Part shown: positions 38,850 through 52,406 of the stretch, in pieces | How the letters are laid out: every line of letters starts with the position of its first letter | Numbering within the stretch: position 1 is the first letter of the stretch | Assembly (NCBI RefSeq): GCF_001194135.2 | Contig: NC_068999.1 | Coordinates: forward strand, 38,789,377 to 38,849,965 | DNA length: 60,589 bases | Direction of reading: 5' to 3' | Source of the DNA: Octopus bimaculoides | Lineage: Eukaryota | Position numbers and translations under genes: made by a program | Notes under the pieces: generated by a model | Database searches by the model: none | The model's input: the letters and a program-made list of their open reading frames with translations, nothing else | What the model was told of the DNA's origin: nothing

Positions 38850-39040
38850 CCTCTCCATGCCACCAATGTTTTCCAAGGGAGAGGCAAAGGGGCCAATACA
38901 GCTTGGCAGCAATGATGTCAGAATTTGTTTCTGCTGCTGAGTGAAATAATGCATCTTGCTCAAGCACACAACACACAGCCTGGTCTAGGAATTGAACTCA
39001 CTACTTCATGATTGTGAGGTCAATACTCTAACTATTGACC
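38850..39040 (-). mobile_element. SINE family C, diverged
   Basis: GTGAAATAATGCATCTTGCTCAAGCACACAACAC..GGAATTGAAC is the reverse complement of the 7516 family. Confidence 0.6.
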
Positions 39041-41726
39041 CGTATGTGTGTGTGTATGTGGAAATAAATATATTTACATCTATGCAGTTATGTGAAATTT
39101 TATTGGCATCATCACTTTTGTAAAAATCATTTCTAATTCAGGCAGAAGGGCAAGTAATTTTGAGGGGAGAGGTTTAGTGAAAACCACTGATTTCATTTCT
39201 TTACTTGGGAGCAAGGATTACTAGTAGAGTGGAGCAAGGTGAATAGAAGCACTCTGGTCAAACCCACAACCCTACTGTTGTGAACCCAACATCTTAACCT
39301 TGTGCTTCATAAACATGGCAGAACTGGTGCTTCGTGACATTAGGTTATGTAACAATTACCGCCACATACATCTGATCAACTTTGCTTTCCGCCTTCTTTT
39401 AATATCAATGAAATAATTGGCTGAAATTCTTTGGATAGGATGAGAATCATAGTATGGTACCATTCTATTGAATCTGGCTATAAATATGCATACAAAAATA
39501 TAAAATCCAGAGGCAATCGAGAAATGGAATCAACATAAACGTTTACAGAACATATGAATCTTAAACTACCAATATTTATATGCAGTTGCTGTCACTGTAC
39601 TTAATGGTGCTTTTGTATGTAATATTAAATCGATTGCTATTTAGGTATTGTTATTAAATGTAACATAACTAATCACTATTAACTAGTTTTAGTATAATTT
39701 CTTTTCTTTCAAGCTCAATCTCTTTTTTTTTAAACATTTTTATTTTATTTATTACACTTAGTTTATCTTTATTTTGTGCTTGTTATATTTCTTTGTCGAT
39801 TTATATTAATCACAATTAAATTTTACATCGGCATCAAGTGAACACAACAAGTTAGACAAAACAAACCAAAAACGTGTTTAGAATTATAATTTTCATTCCC
39901 ATTTGAATTTGATATACGAGTTGAGATATCAGGAATATTATCTCATGTCAGAACCGATTCAATTTTAACTAGCTTTTCTATAATGAAGCAGCTACAAAGA
40001 GAGGAGAACTGAGGAGATATTTGGAAACAGTAATCATTCCTTCAGGGGTGGTGGGGGAAGAATACTTGATGGATTTCATGTCTATATCTGTAACTGAAAT
40101 CACGAAGTCTAAATCTTTATTGATTCTTGTCACATTTTAATCTTGCTTACCAATAATTTTCATTTAGTTGTCTTCCCTGTAATGAACAGATAAGATAGAT
40201 ATTCCGTGTGACAGATGATTTTTCACACCAATATACAAGATAGCGATTCCCTTTGTGCTATGAGTGCTGCTCTTTGCTACACTCTCATAAATGTTATTAC
40301 TTTGTCATTAAGTAGAGCAAGCAACGGACTCTTTGCTAGGGAGGAATGGAACTCATAGCTTCTGCAACTGGTACCATGTTCAAAATCCCCCTTGGTTTCA
40401 TGGTATGTCCCTTGGTCAATCGATTTGCTAGTAGTAGTAGCTAAATCTCTGATCAAACCACATTTTACTGTCTTTGAAAAAGAATTAATTTTTCAGATGC
40501 TGGTGTCCTATACTGATTCAGAAAAATATAACATGGGATGATCAAACTGAAACACAGCCATTTTGACTGCCAGCCTCCACACCACCAGGCAAATCTATGC
40601 ACTGTGCACTGCTGCTGCCACAGTCGATTGCATTTATCCAGGGAGCGGAAGGGGGTGGGGTTATGAGGAATATACAACCACGACAGAGACAGATTAACAT
40701 TGACAAACATTTTATCTAATATGTTTCTAACCAGTTCTGTGCCGTGATTTATTCAAATAAGATGTCAGTGTACCAAGGACTACATCATCCAATGTATCTT
40801 AGTAACGTGTTACTCAAGAGATGCAGTTTGAAGGAGGTGTGGTTTGAGGGGGAATTTAGTAGCAGTTTCTTAGTGAAGTGAGTAACTATACAGATTCTAC
40901 CTTCCTGCTCTGGTTTAGTAATAATTACTCCCTATGTAGGCACAGGGGTCATCAGACAAGTGAAGAGGGGAGAAAAGGGGTGATACGTTTGACCCACAAT
41001 ACTTTAATGACATGTAAAGCAAATATGTAAAGCAAATATGACTATAGCAGGATCTGAAGTCATGGTCCAATGAGTAAATGGCAAACATTATTTTATTTGA
41101 TACTCTAACGATTCTGTCAATCAAGCACCACTACCCTCCAACTTCACTGGCTTAATGGTGAAGATTATCGACACAGCAGTCTATTATAGCTAATTATATC
41201 ATGAGCTGATGTTACTAAATTATGGTTTCCTTAGATTTGAATGTATTGGTCATGGATCTAACACAATATGGCTGATAGGATATGGTTTCTTTTTCAATGA
41301 CATCCTTTACTGCTCTGTGCCCTTTTTTTCTTTCTTTCTTTTTAACTATGATAGCTCTGACCCTGCAGGCCTTTAATTAAAGGTATTGCAATCCCTTTGC
41401 TCCATTAGTTGTCAAATATGATCTTGTATCTAAGCAATGTTTGTAATGACAACAACGTATACTATATATCTGTGGTTAAAGGAAAATGAATAAATAACAC
41501 TGAGAAATCCATTTCTGAATTGCAAAGATATTTAACAATAGATGACCCAACAAACTCCCTTTGATCCAAGCAAGCATGAATCAGCTGACATTAAAACTAT
41601 GATGAGGAGGAGGAGGAGGAGAAGGAGGAATGGAGATGAATAAAAAGAGAAGTCATTCAGCTGTGAATCCTCAGATGTTTATTGTTTAGAACTTGTATTG
41701 GACTTGACAGTCCAAAGATAAATAAC

Positions 41727-41986
41727 AGATTGAAAGAGCTATGACTCTACTCCCTGGAGTGAAGAAGAGAGAAGCATGCAGTGATATATGTATGGAAGAT
41801 CCTGGAGGGGCTGGCACCAAACTTTAAAATAGAGAGCTATGCCAGCCCCCGAACTGGATGTCACTGCAGTAGCTTGGAATTTAAGGGCCACAGCTATTTA
41901 ATGCCTTGCCAAAACATTTAAGGGATTTCCATAAAATAGGTGTAGATCTTTTCAAGAAACAACTTCACCTCCAGCTTTCCAAGGCA
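41727..41986 (+). mobile_element. CR1/L2-group LINE, ORF2 C-terminal fragment
   Basis: Translates RLKEL*LYSLE*RRE..VIYVWKILEGLAPN..SLEFKG(P)QLFNALPKHLR..FKKQL. Not in the ORF track because of stops. Confidence 0.8.
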
Positions 41987-42009
41987 GTTTGTCTGTCCTT
42001 ATGCTCGAA

Positions 42010-42150
42010 GTTTAGGTTCTGTTGAAGTCAATTTTGCCCTTCATCCGTTCAGGATCAATAAAATAAGTACCATTTAAACACTGGGGTTGATGTTATTCAC
42101 TAACCCCTTTTCCCCAATTTTCAGGCATTGTGCCTATAATAGAAAGGATT
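42010..42150 (+). mobile_element. SINE family D, 5'-truncated, with (ATT)n tail
   Basis: TTTGCCCTTCATCCGTTCAGGATCAATAAAATAAGTACC..TTTCAGGCATTGTGCCTATAATAGAAAGGATTATT. Confidence 0.75.
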
Positions 42151-42172
42151 ATTATCATTATTATTATTATTA

Positions 42173-42207
<35 letters not shown>

Positions 42208-42250
42208 TAATTTTATTTTTATAATGTGCTTTCATTTTACTACCGAGCGC
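42150..42250 (-). mobile_element. Very short R4/Dong-like 3' terminus embedded in (TAA)n
   Basis: Reverse strand GCGCTCGGTAG..AAATAAAATTACTGAATAATAAT resembles the terminus AAATAAGACTACTGTATAATAAT of 15168-15505. TAA arrays on both flanks. Confidence 0.5.
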
Positions 42251-42293
<43 letters not shown>

Positions 42294-42847
42294 GGCAGTA
42301 CTGTATTATCTCACCTCAAGTAACAGCAATTTATGCTTATGATTAAATAAAATATCTTATGTTTTCTTGAGAATTGAAACTATATTTATTTCGGACACCT
42401 GATTCCCTTCTGCTGTTGCAAAAAAATCTTGCATGCAGCCACTGGGACCACATTAATTCTATTTGCAAAGCAAAGAGTAAAAAGAAAAAAAAATTACATG
42501 AAATATTCAAATATCCAATTTTTATCAGAAGCCCAGCTAACATGGNNNNNNNNNNNNNNNNNNNNNNNNNNNNNNNNNNNNNNNNNNNNNNNNNNNNNNN
42601 NNNNNNNNNNNNNNNNNNNNNNNNNNNNNNNNNNNNNNNNNNNNNNNNNNNNNNNNNNNNNNNNNNNNNNNNNNNNNNNNNNNNNNNNNNNNNNNNNNNN
42701 NNNNNNNNNNNNNNNNNNNNNNNNNNNNNNNNNNNNNNNNNNNNNNNNNNNNNNNNNNNNNNNNNNNNNNNNNNNNNNNNNNNNNNNNNNNNNNNNNNNN
42801 NNNNNNNNNNNNNNNNNNNNNNNNNNNNNNNNNNNNNNNNNNNNNNN

Positions 42848-42890
<43 letters not shown>

Positions 42891-44502
42891 TAGATAGATA
42901 GATGATGGGTAGATAGATGTTTATATATATGTATATAATCATCATCATCATCATCATGTATTTGTACATGCATGCATGTTATACATCATTCATTGCAGAG
43001 ATTAAATGGATGGATGGATATTTGAAAGTTGTGGTCTTGTTTGCAGTGAGGTCCAAGTTAGGTTAATTTAGTTTTCATGGAAATTAAAATTTACTTGCCT
43101 ATGGCAAAATTTTATATTAAATATAACAATAATGCTTGTTTTTTTCCTTCTTCTACATGTTCTCCTTCTTCCTCCTCTTTTGTTTTCCTTCTTCTTTTCT
43201 GATTTTTCCTTTCTCTGCTATATAATTTAGATAAATTCGAAAGCCATTAAGCAATATGGTGTGGACTCGTCTTCTTAAAGGTGTATTTTTGTATGCGTGT
43301 ATTTATGTGTGTGGTGTGTGTTTATGTGTGCGTGTGTGTGCACCCAGGCATGCATGCATGTGTGTGCACGTGTGTGTCTGAATAAAATTCATGCCAAAAA
43401 CTCTGTAACAACCAGAGGAGAATATTTTGAGATGCTTCAGTAGATTATGTCAAAGCAAAAATCTCAAAGGTTTCTTTTTTGAGATATTTTTGAGTTACTG
43501 CCTCAGGTCAATTGCTATCCTAAAATGGCACAATTTAATATCAGTGATTTTATTTTTGAATTTGAACTCAATCCTCAAAGACCTTTCTTTCTTTTTCTCT
43601 CTCACTCTTGCCATTTCTCTTTCTTTCTTTTTTTCTTTCGCTCTCTCTATTTTTCTCCATATTTTTCTCTCTCTCTCTCTCTCTCTCCCTCTTACACTTT
43701 GGCTATCTCTAATTAGTTGTTATTCTACACTCTATTAGTACTTATAAAGTCTACAACGATGATGATGCTGATATAGCATTCAAAAGGTTTTCATTTTCAG
43801 GAAAGATACCAGCAAATAGATGTTGCCGTTGTTGTTGTCATTGTTGTCATCATCATCATCATCGTAGTAGTAGTAGTAGTAGGAGCATCAGCAGCAGTTC
43901 CCAGCTATATTTTATATTTACCTATAAAGACACAGAATAAGGAAAGAAATACACTCTATGGAGTTCCAGAGATGTCACATGACATGGGAATAGCTCACAG
44001 CGTAAATACTTGTATTTTACTGATGTGTAATGTGTGTGTCTGTGTTGAACATGATGAGGGCATGCAGGTGAGATGCATGGCTGGCTGCAAGTGATGGAAC
44101 TTATTTCTCACATTCAAGTCGAGAATGTAAATTATAAAAAAAAAAAATATAAAAAAGTGTAATCTGCACTTTTAGTACTTGTTACTTGGCTAAAGTCTAC
44201 CAAATGATGTGATACAAGTTCTGTCAGTTAATCAAATGTATAAAAAGTTTGTGATGATGTTACATCTTGCAGGAGTTCAGCTTGCAACTTTGTTGTGCGC
44301 ATTTACGTCTGCAAAGAGTAGGTCTTTGAGAGATGTAGAGAAACATTTTCTTTTACTGGAAGGCAACATTAAGTTAAACTTAACATTTTACACCACAACC
44401 TTGCTAAGCATGCTGACAGCTACATAAAACAGAATGGTGATGTGGAACAGATTTTTCTAAAATCTTCAATGTTGGTAGGCTTAATTAAATTTAACTAATA
44501 TC

Positions 44503-44705
44503 ATCATTATCATCATCATCCCTGTCCCATGCTGGCATAGGTTGCACGGTTTGACAGAATCTAATGGTTTCAAGGACATCATTCATGCACTACTTTCTGC
44601 TTTAACATGGTTTCTATGCTTGGATGTTTGTTTTAATTAATGCCAAACACTCTGTTTGACTACAACAAAGTGCTTTTTGTTTTTGCATGCCACCAGCACT
44701 AGTGA
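44503..44705 (-). mobile_element. RTE 3' UTR (family B), old
   Basis: (CAT)n..CCATGCTGGCATAGGTTGCACGGTTTGACAG..GGTTTCTA..GGATG. Confidence 0.6.
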
Positions 44706-45112
44706 GGTCACCGTGCATTCAGCAAGACTTCAAGAACTGACGGGGTTGGGGGCTTCATGTTAAGAGATCATCGTTAAGGTATGAACGAAAAGCGGGTGGG
44801 ATAGAGCAGGGTCTTGTTTATAACAAAATAAATAACTTTTATATTTCTAAATCAGTGAAATTATAACAAAGACAGCATTTTGACAAAAGCACCTGAGCAT
44901 AACACTTGTTTGTAGATCATTGTGGTCATGTTTGAAAATTCCTGTAATTAATTTGATGGAAGTTAATTACAAATGAAGTGAAATAATTTTACATCGACGT
45001 TTATAAAAGTTGTGATGAGCTGAAAAATGTCTTTAATTCAAATAGAATACATGCAGATATGTTTCTTTAGAATGGTTTTCCATCTCAGAGAATTTACTTC
45101 TTCCAGATGGGT

Positions 45113-45395
45113 GCAAACACATGGCTGTGTGGTTAGGAAACTTGCTTTGACGCCATGTGGTTTCATGTTCAGTTCCATAGGGTGGCACTTTAAGCAAATG
45201 TTCTCTACTATTGCTCCAGCTTGACCAATGCTTCATGAGTGAATTTTGGAAACTATGCAGAAGCCTGTCACGTATGTGTGTATCTGTGTGTGTGTGTTTG
45301 TCTGCCCCACCACTTAACAACCTCTGTTGGTTTCTATACATCATTGTAACTTAGCAGTTTGTCTTAAGAATCTGAGAGAATAAATATCAAACTCA
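45113..45395 (+). mobile_element. SINE family A, old
   Basis: ATGGCTGTGTGGTTAGGAAACTTGC..GTTCAGTTCC..GGCACTTTAAGCAAATG, internal (TG)n. Confidence 0.7.
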
Positions 45396-45532
45396 AAAGC
45401 AAAACAAAAGAAATAACTAATTCAGGGATAAGCAACAATAGTAACTTAGTAGTTCAGTCTTTGACAAAACATATTTTGATATATTTACTGTGTGGCTCTC
45501 TCTCTTTTCTATCACAATATATTTAAACTTTA

Positions 45533-45765
45533 ATGCAGCGAGCTGGCAGAATCATTAGCACGCTGGGTGAAATGCTTAGCGGTATTTCGTCTGCCGTTAC
45601 ATTCTGAGTTCAAATTCCGCTGAGGTCGACTTTGCCTTTCATCCTTTCGCGGTCGATAAATAAAATACCAGTTACACACTGTGGTTGATGTAATCGACTT
45701 AATCCCTTTGTGTGTCCTCGTTTGTCTCCTCTATGTTTAGCCCCTGGTGGGCAATAAAGAAATAT
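45533..45765 (+). mobile_element. SINE family D, full length, with 15-bp target-site duplication
   Basis: Head GCGAGCTGGCAGAA, B box GAGTTCAAATTCC, core CCTTTCATCCTTTCGCGGTCGATAAA. TSD AATATATTTAAACTT at 45516-45530 and 45767-45781. Confidence 0.92.
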
Positions 45766-45790
45766 AAATATATTTAAACTTACATATTTG

Positions 45791-45995
45791 TATTTCTACT
45801 GACACATTGCCTCTTACATTTAGCCTGTTATACTTTTATTTCTTCTACTGACACATTTTCTGCGACATTTAAGCTGTCACTTTTTTATTTCAACCAATAT
45901 ACCATCGGCTACATTTAACTTGTCACATGTTTATTTCTACCAGTATACCATTCACTACATTTCATCAGTCGTACTCTTATTTCTAACAACACATC
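45791..45995. repeat. Degenerate ~46-bp tandem repeat, about 4.5 units
   Basis: Recurring TTATTTC(T/A)AC..A(C/T)AC..ACATTT..TGTCA frame at about 46-bp spacing. Confidence 0.7.
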
Positions 45996-46734
45996 ATCTG
46001 CCATCACTCCTTTATCTGCAGCCAAATCTCTCTCAAATCAAACCATACTGCCTTAAATGGTTACAAGTACACATTAGATCATACCATCAATGTCTTTGAA
46101 TAACAGACAAATAGGTTATGCTAGAATATATTCGTTCTTTGCAAGAAGATCTTTGCTTGAGCTTAAGAACAACGACACTGTCTAACCCAGTCATCCTTTC
46201 CTACATCCAATACCTCACCGAATGTCATTTTTATTGTCTGCTACTTATACTCTGAGACTGTATCATTTCTGCCAAACCATCGCCTGCTTCAAACATAAAT
46301 GTTAAGAGACACTTATATGGGGGTTCTTTTATACGAAAATGTCAGCTCTGTGTAAATAATAACATTTTAATGTCAACTTTGTGAGTTGTTGTTTCTATTT
46401 GTATGTATTTGTTTATTTGTTGTCTTATCTCATTAAACCAGTGGTATTATAGTTATATAACGAATTGTTACTTCTGTCTATTACAACTTGTCGCTGGTGT
46501 GTGTAGACATCGATGTAATCAGACACGGTGTAAATAATTGTTCAGAATACAACTAAGCACTGAAGGTCAATATCGAGCCATTGACGGAAGGGGTCAAAAG
46601 GGGTTCTATAAACATTAGTGGCCTTAGAAAACCTCAGGAAACACAGCTTTCCTATTAATTCTGTCAAAGTAAATTGCATCTGATCACCTATGAAGAATTC
46701 TGCTCTCCATTATTTTCTAAAACAAGGGAGATGA

Positions 46735-46920
46735 AGTCAGAGGGTCATTAGAGTTTTGGATAAAATGCTTCGTAGTATGTTTTCTGAGTGTTGATGTTCT
46801 CAGTTCAATTCCTTCTGGGGTCAAATTTACCTTTTATCACACTAGGGTCAATCAGGTATAGTACTAGTCAAAGACTGGGGTGTTTGGCTTCAATGAAATC
46901 CCTCCCCTTGAAATTACTGC
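46735..46920 (+). mobile_element. SINE family D, very old
   Basis: AAATGCTTCGTAG..GTTCTCAGTTCAATTCC..GGGGTCAA..CCCTCCCCTTGAAATTACTGC. Confidence 0.5.
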
Positions 46921-47005
46921 TCAAAAATAGATTAACACACAAGATAGATACTCAGGCACAAAAATAAAAAAATACACACATATATGCATGCAGTTATGAC
47001 TATAC

Positions 47006-47374
47006 CATCATCATCATCCATCTTTTTAAATCCAGGTTTTGACCCCTTTAACGGGGGTGGCTGGATGTACCTCAATGCCATAGCAACTGCCCTCATACGT
47101 TCTTGCCTGGTTTTGTCCATCCTCCTTTTTCAAACCAACCCTCCCAATCTCCTCCCCTCCAACTTTCCTCGGTCTACCTCACTTTCGTACTCCATTTACC
47201 TCAAATGCAATCCCCCTCCTCAGAACATGCTCTTCGTCCCTCCTCAACACATGCCCATACCATCTCACTCCATTCGTCCTTGCTAACTATTCCACAGATT
47301 CCTCCAGCCCCAACATTCCCATCAGATGCTCAGTCCTCCTCTTATCAAATAACTTCACCCAACACATTTCTTTC
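47006..47374 (-). mobile_element. RTE LINE (third subfamily): ORF C-terminus, short 3' UTR, (GAT)n tail
   Basis: Translates TEHLMGMLGLEESVE*LARTNGVRWYGHVLRRDEEHVLRR..FEVNGVRK*GRPRK. Its UTR differs from family B. Confidence 0.88.
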
Positions 47375-48297
47375 ATCATATGTGTGTGCATGTGTATACA
47401 GAGAGAGAGTGAGTGAGTGAGTGAGTTTTCATACATATACACAAACTATAGGCAAATAAACACACGCACTCACACAATCATGTAACAATAAAAGATGACA
47501 CAGCAGAACAATGAAGGAGCTTAGGGAAACAGGAAGAAGACAGAATGAGGACACACTTACCTCTCCTCAGTTATTAATCAAACATCATCAAAGTTTTGAC
47601 ACCCTATTGACAGTTTCATTTGTTTAGCTGATGTCACCAGTATGATTCTGCTGGGTTGTAAAGGAGCAAAGATGAAGGACAATATGAGGCAAGTCCAAAA
47701 AAAAAAAAAAAAAAAAAATGGTGTCCCCAGATCAAACGGTTATGAGAAGAATGAGAGAATATATAAAACAAAAAAGCAAAAGCAGTAACCAAAACAAGAA
47801 AATATAATAAACGACACAGCTTGCAGAAGACCTCCACAAACTGTGGCCATGCTGGATCAATGCTACATACTTTATAAGCATCTCAGTCATATTCTGTGCT
47901 AACCCATATTCTTCCATCATTCAAATTTAGTCAACATGATATTCCGTTAAGGAATTACCAATTGCTACGCATGGAAAATGGCAGATTTATTGAGAATGGC
48001 AGTGGTAGAGGTGGCAAAAGTAGTATATAAAGAACAGTGTCATGATGATGATCATCATCATCTTTAAAGAAACAATTACATCTCTGATGCTGCTGTTTTA
48101 TCTTTTTTTTTTTTCTCAAGGCAGGAGAAGCTGTTAAAATTTACTAAATTCTCTTTAAGAATTATTAAAAATCATTGAAGTAAAAGAGTTAGCAAGAAAT
48201 ATTTTCCATAAAAAAAGTCTTATAAATTGCAAAGTTAATTTCTAAAATTGGTGTGGAGATGTTGTACACAGCATATTTTATTTTCAACGTGAATACA

Positions 48298-48344
<47 letters not shown>

Positions 48345-48634
48345 ACACTCACACACATACACACACACATGCACATACATAAATATACTTATATATATAT
48401 ATATATAAATTTGATAATTTAATTCTTTTTTTTTCCTCAAGCTGGATTTCACATTAGAATATAATACAATTCTTAAAATAAAATTGTATCATTCATGCAC
48501 ATGCACACTACATGCACACACATGTGGGATCCCACTCCTAGTTCTGTTATTTATGTGCACATGTGTGTGTGTGTGTGTCTTGGTGCACATGGAGTCATAT
48601 GCATGCATATAATTACATACATATGTACATGTGC

Positions 48635-48670
<36 letters not shown>

Positions 48671-48674
48671 ATGC

Positions 48675-48710
<36 letters not shown>

Positions 48711-49192
48711 NNNNNNNNNNNNNNNNNNNNNNNNNNNNNNNNNNNNNNNNNNNNNNNNNNNNNNNNNNNNNNNNNNNNNNNNNNNNNNNNNNNNNNNNNN
48801 NNNNNNNNNNNNNNNNNNNNNNNNNNNNNNNNNNNNNNNNNNNNNNNNNNNNNNNNNNNNNNNNNNNNNNNNNNNNNNNNNNNNNNNNNNNNNNNNNNNN
48901 NNNNNNNNNNNNNNNNNNNNNNNNNNNNNNNNNNNNNNNNNNNNNNNNNNNNNNNNNNNNNNNNNNNNNNNNNNNNNNNNNNNNNNNNNNNNNNNNNNNN
49001 NNNNNNNTATATATATATGCATGTATATATATGTATATATGTATGTATGTATGTATGCACGTTTGTATGTATTGCAGTGAGGAAGAAGAGTAAAAAAATG
49101 TATAAGTAAGGCTAAAGACTGCTGTGACTGTGTGAGCCAGCATGTGGTGAATGTGTGTTTGCATGTTTTAGTGACTGAGGGATTATGGGATT

Positions 49193-49231
<39 letters not shown>

Positions 49232-49371
49232 AATGCAAAACCTGATGAATTTGTTATATTCTCAAGAGGAAAAGAAGTAAAATATTTAATTTTTCAGGAA
49301 GGTACTACAAGAACTGAAACAAGAAATAAAAGAGGAATTAGTAAGAGGTTCTTAATAAATGTCTTGCTTGG

Positions 49372-49402
<31 letters not shown>

Positions 49403-49991
49403 ACATATACACATAATGTATTCTTATATAAATACATAAATGTATATAACTATTGTTAGTATACACAACACACACACACACACATATAGGAATATACTTG
49501 GTTATATATGTATGCATAAACATATACATACGCATACATATTTTCAAGTCTCTTTAAATGTGTGAGTCTGTGTGTCTGCAGTTGTATATGCTTGCTTGTG
49601 TGTGTGTGTGTGTGTGTGTGCGATACATATCGCTTCAGATCAATATATTAAATTGTATTTGCAAAATGAATGAGACTGACAATAGGCGAAATACTAGAAC
49701 ACATAGAGGCACTTCATTCGAAGCAATTTCTCGTCGACTCTTATGAAAAACTTTATTGACAAACAGGTCTGTAGTCATTATCGCATTAGGGGACTGCTGG
49801 CTCCACTCAGCAAATTTATATACGTTGGTAGACAGAGTTAATAAGTATTCATGGCAGTTATAATATTATATCCAATATGTCGCTTTACTGGGATAGAGAG
49901 AGAGAGAGAGATAGATAGATAGAGAGAGAGTGAAAGGAAAATGAAAGAAGAAAGGTAGAAACTGGAGGGGGGAAAAGAAATATACATACAT

Positions 49992-50024
<33 letters not shown>

Positions 50025-50120
50025 NNNNNNNNNNNNNNNNNNNNNNNNNNNNNNNNNNNNNNNNNNNNNNNNNNTATATATTTATATATACATACATATA
50101 TATCCATGCATATACATATG

Positions 50121-50155
<35 letters not shown>

Positions 50156-50242
50156 GAGTATGTGTATGTATATGCATGGATATATATATGCATATGTATA
50201 GAAATATATTTGTGTGTGTATACATATGTATCTGTATGTATG

Positions 50243-50275
<33 letters not shown>

Positions 50276-51245
50276 ATATATATAGATATGTGTGTGTATG
50301 TATACATATATGTTTATGCATGTGTCTGTGTATGTATAGTCACACACACACAGGTACAAAGAGAGAGAGAGAGAGAGATTTAAGTGGAAGAATGAGAAAG
50401 TGTTTAACTTGTGGTTGGTTCAAATTGTTATAATGGTGAAGAGGAAAATTTGCATTTCAGAAAAGTTGACTGATTTCTACTTCTGACTGATTGCAGTATG
50501 GAGAAGTACTTTATTGATGACGTGAGAATGTTTATTTGGAATCTGATGGAGGAGGAGGTTGAAGGGGAAGAAGAAGAGGAGGAGATGCCGATAGTAGCTG
50601 GGACTGTTTGGTTTTTCTTAACCTGATAGACGAGGAGGAGGTAGAGAAAAGAAGTTGAAGGAGATATTTTTATTTCTGACTTGGGCACAGATCCAATTTT
50701 CTTTCCTTGGACAAGTTAATCACACATCATCCTAACTTGATATGTTCTATTCAGGTGATATTCTTGAGCTCAGGTAAGATTGAACCATGGAATCTTCATA
50801 GTACCATTTTTTACTTCTTTTAGGCGTCGGGGTGACTCTTGTTATAAACAACAGATGAGGGATCCACAGTTTCTTGCTGAAAAACCTGTGCGCAAGATTT
50901 TGCTTATAGTCTGTGCAGTCCATTAGCTCAGTCCTTCCATCATTTCAACATTATGTGTATTGGTGCACAGTGCGCCACTAATCAGGTGTCAAAATGGTTG
51001 CAGAACATCTTAGAATGAAGAGTTCTAATCCAGAACACAGAGTGCTACTCAGTCTGGGAAGTGAAACCACAATTTTGTAACACCCTAAACTCTGGCTAAA
51101 ACGCCTCCAACACCAACAAGATTTATTACTTTAATAACTCACCTCTTGTCCTCCTCTGCCATTGTTTTGTCATTTGTTCTTAAGCATTAGAAATAAACTT
51201 TTGTCTACAAATAGTTTAATGTATCCTAGAACGGCATCAATAATT

Positions 51246-51449
51246 CTTTTCTACCTTTCTACTCTAGGCACAAGGCCTGAAATTTTGGGGGAGGGGGGGG
51301 GCAGTCGATTAGATCGACCCCAGTACGCAACTGGTACATAATTTATCGACCCTGAAAGAACGAAAGGCAAAGTCGACCTCAGCAGAATTTGAACTCAGAA
51401 CGTAAAGTCAGACGAAATACCACTAACTTTTCTGCCAGCTCTCCACCTT
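51246..51449 (-). mobile_element. SINE family D with 16-bp TSD
   Basis: Reverse-strand copy. TSD AAC(G/A)GCATCAATAATT at 51230-51245 and 51450-51465. Confidence 0.9.
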
Positions 51450-51476
51450 AACAGCATCAATAATTGTGTGTATAAA

Positions 51477-51698
51477 AGGCATCGAGCTGGCAGAAACATT
51501 AGCACACCGGGTGAAATGTTTAGCAGTATTTCTTCTGTCTTTATGTTCTGAGTTCAAATTCTACTGATGTTGACTTTGTCTTTTACCCTTTCAGGGTCGA
51601 TAAGTTAAGTACCACTTGTGTGCTGGAGTTGATGTAATCAACTGGCCACCTGCCCCCAAAATTTCAGGTCTTGTGCCTTGAGTAGAACAGTAGAAACG
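51477..51698 (+). mobile_element. SINE family D with 12-bp TSD
   Basis: Full head, core and tail. TSD AATAATTGTGTG at 51459-51470 and 51699-51710. Confidence 0.9.
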
Positions 51699-52406
51699 AA
51701 TAATTGTGTGGGTAGTTGATACTTATTTTCGTTGGCTCTATAGGAATGCAGGTGATATCCTTGAATCCAGCTAAGAACTGAAACTAGAATGGTTGCTTTG
51801 CCAACTGCATATGATGTTGTAATCATTAGATTCTTGTTGCACAGGAGAAGAACATTAATCTTTATAAATACTTAAACATTGTTACCATACTAATTTTTTT
51901 CTTCTCAGATTTACCATCTATGCTGGAAACTCATCTAAAAAGAGAAAATAACTTCAGAGAAAACCCCACCATAAACTCTTGTTAGGAACAATGTGATTTT
52001 GTTCCAAAGTTTACAGAGCAAGAGAGAGAGAGGAGAGGATGTAAGGCGAGAAAGAAGGGGATAGAAAGAAGGAAGAGAGATGGTGAGAAAGTGGGAGAGA
52101 GTTTCAGCTTATGAGGAAGCTATATAGAAGCTTCTTCTATACTGATAGCATTGTTATTACTGTAGAATTCCTCATCGCAGTTAGTAAAGATATCTGTCTG
52201 CAGAATTGTCTAAAATAGAATCAATCCTCTCAGAATTTTGAATATTTAACCATAAACCTAATAAGAACCCAAAATTCCAACAAATATGTTAATAATTGAT
52301 CAGCACTTTCTTAACGAGAGCTGATCCGATGCAATACAAAAGCAACTGCTCAAGCAGTAACATTAGACACAAGAATACAATACGTTAAAAGAAAATGTTG
52401 GATTTC

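Noticed and set aside
44230-44450. Minus-strand SLKDLLFADV resembling an RTE RT motif
   Set aside because: The flanking translation does not align convincingly; at best a very old fragment.
47555-47650. Minus-strand candidate exon with a good acceptor and a GTAAGT donor
   Set aside because: All three frames contain stops and there is no expression evidence.
51125-51175. Minus-strand MAEEDK followed by a GTGAGT donor
   Set aside because: Too short to support as a first exon without transcript data.
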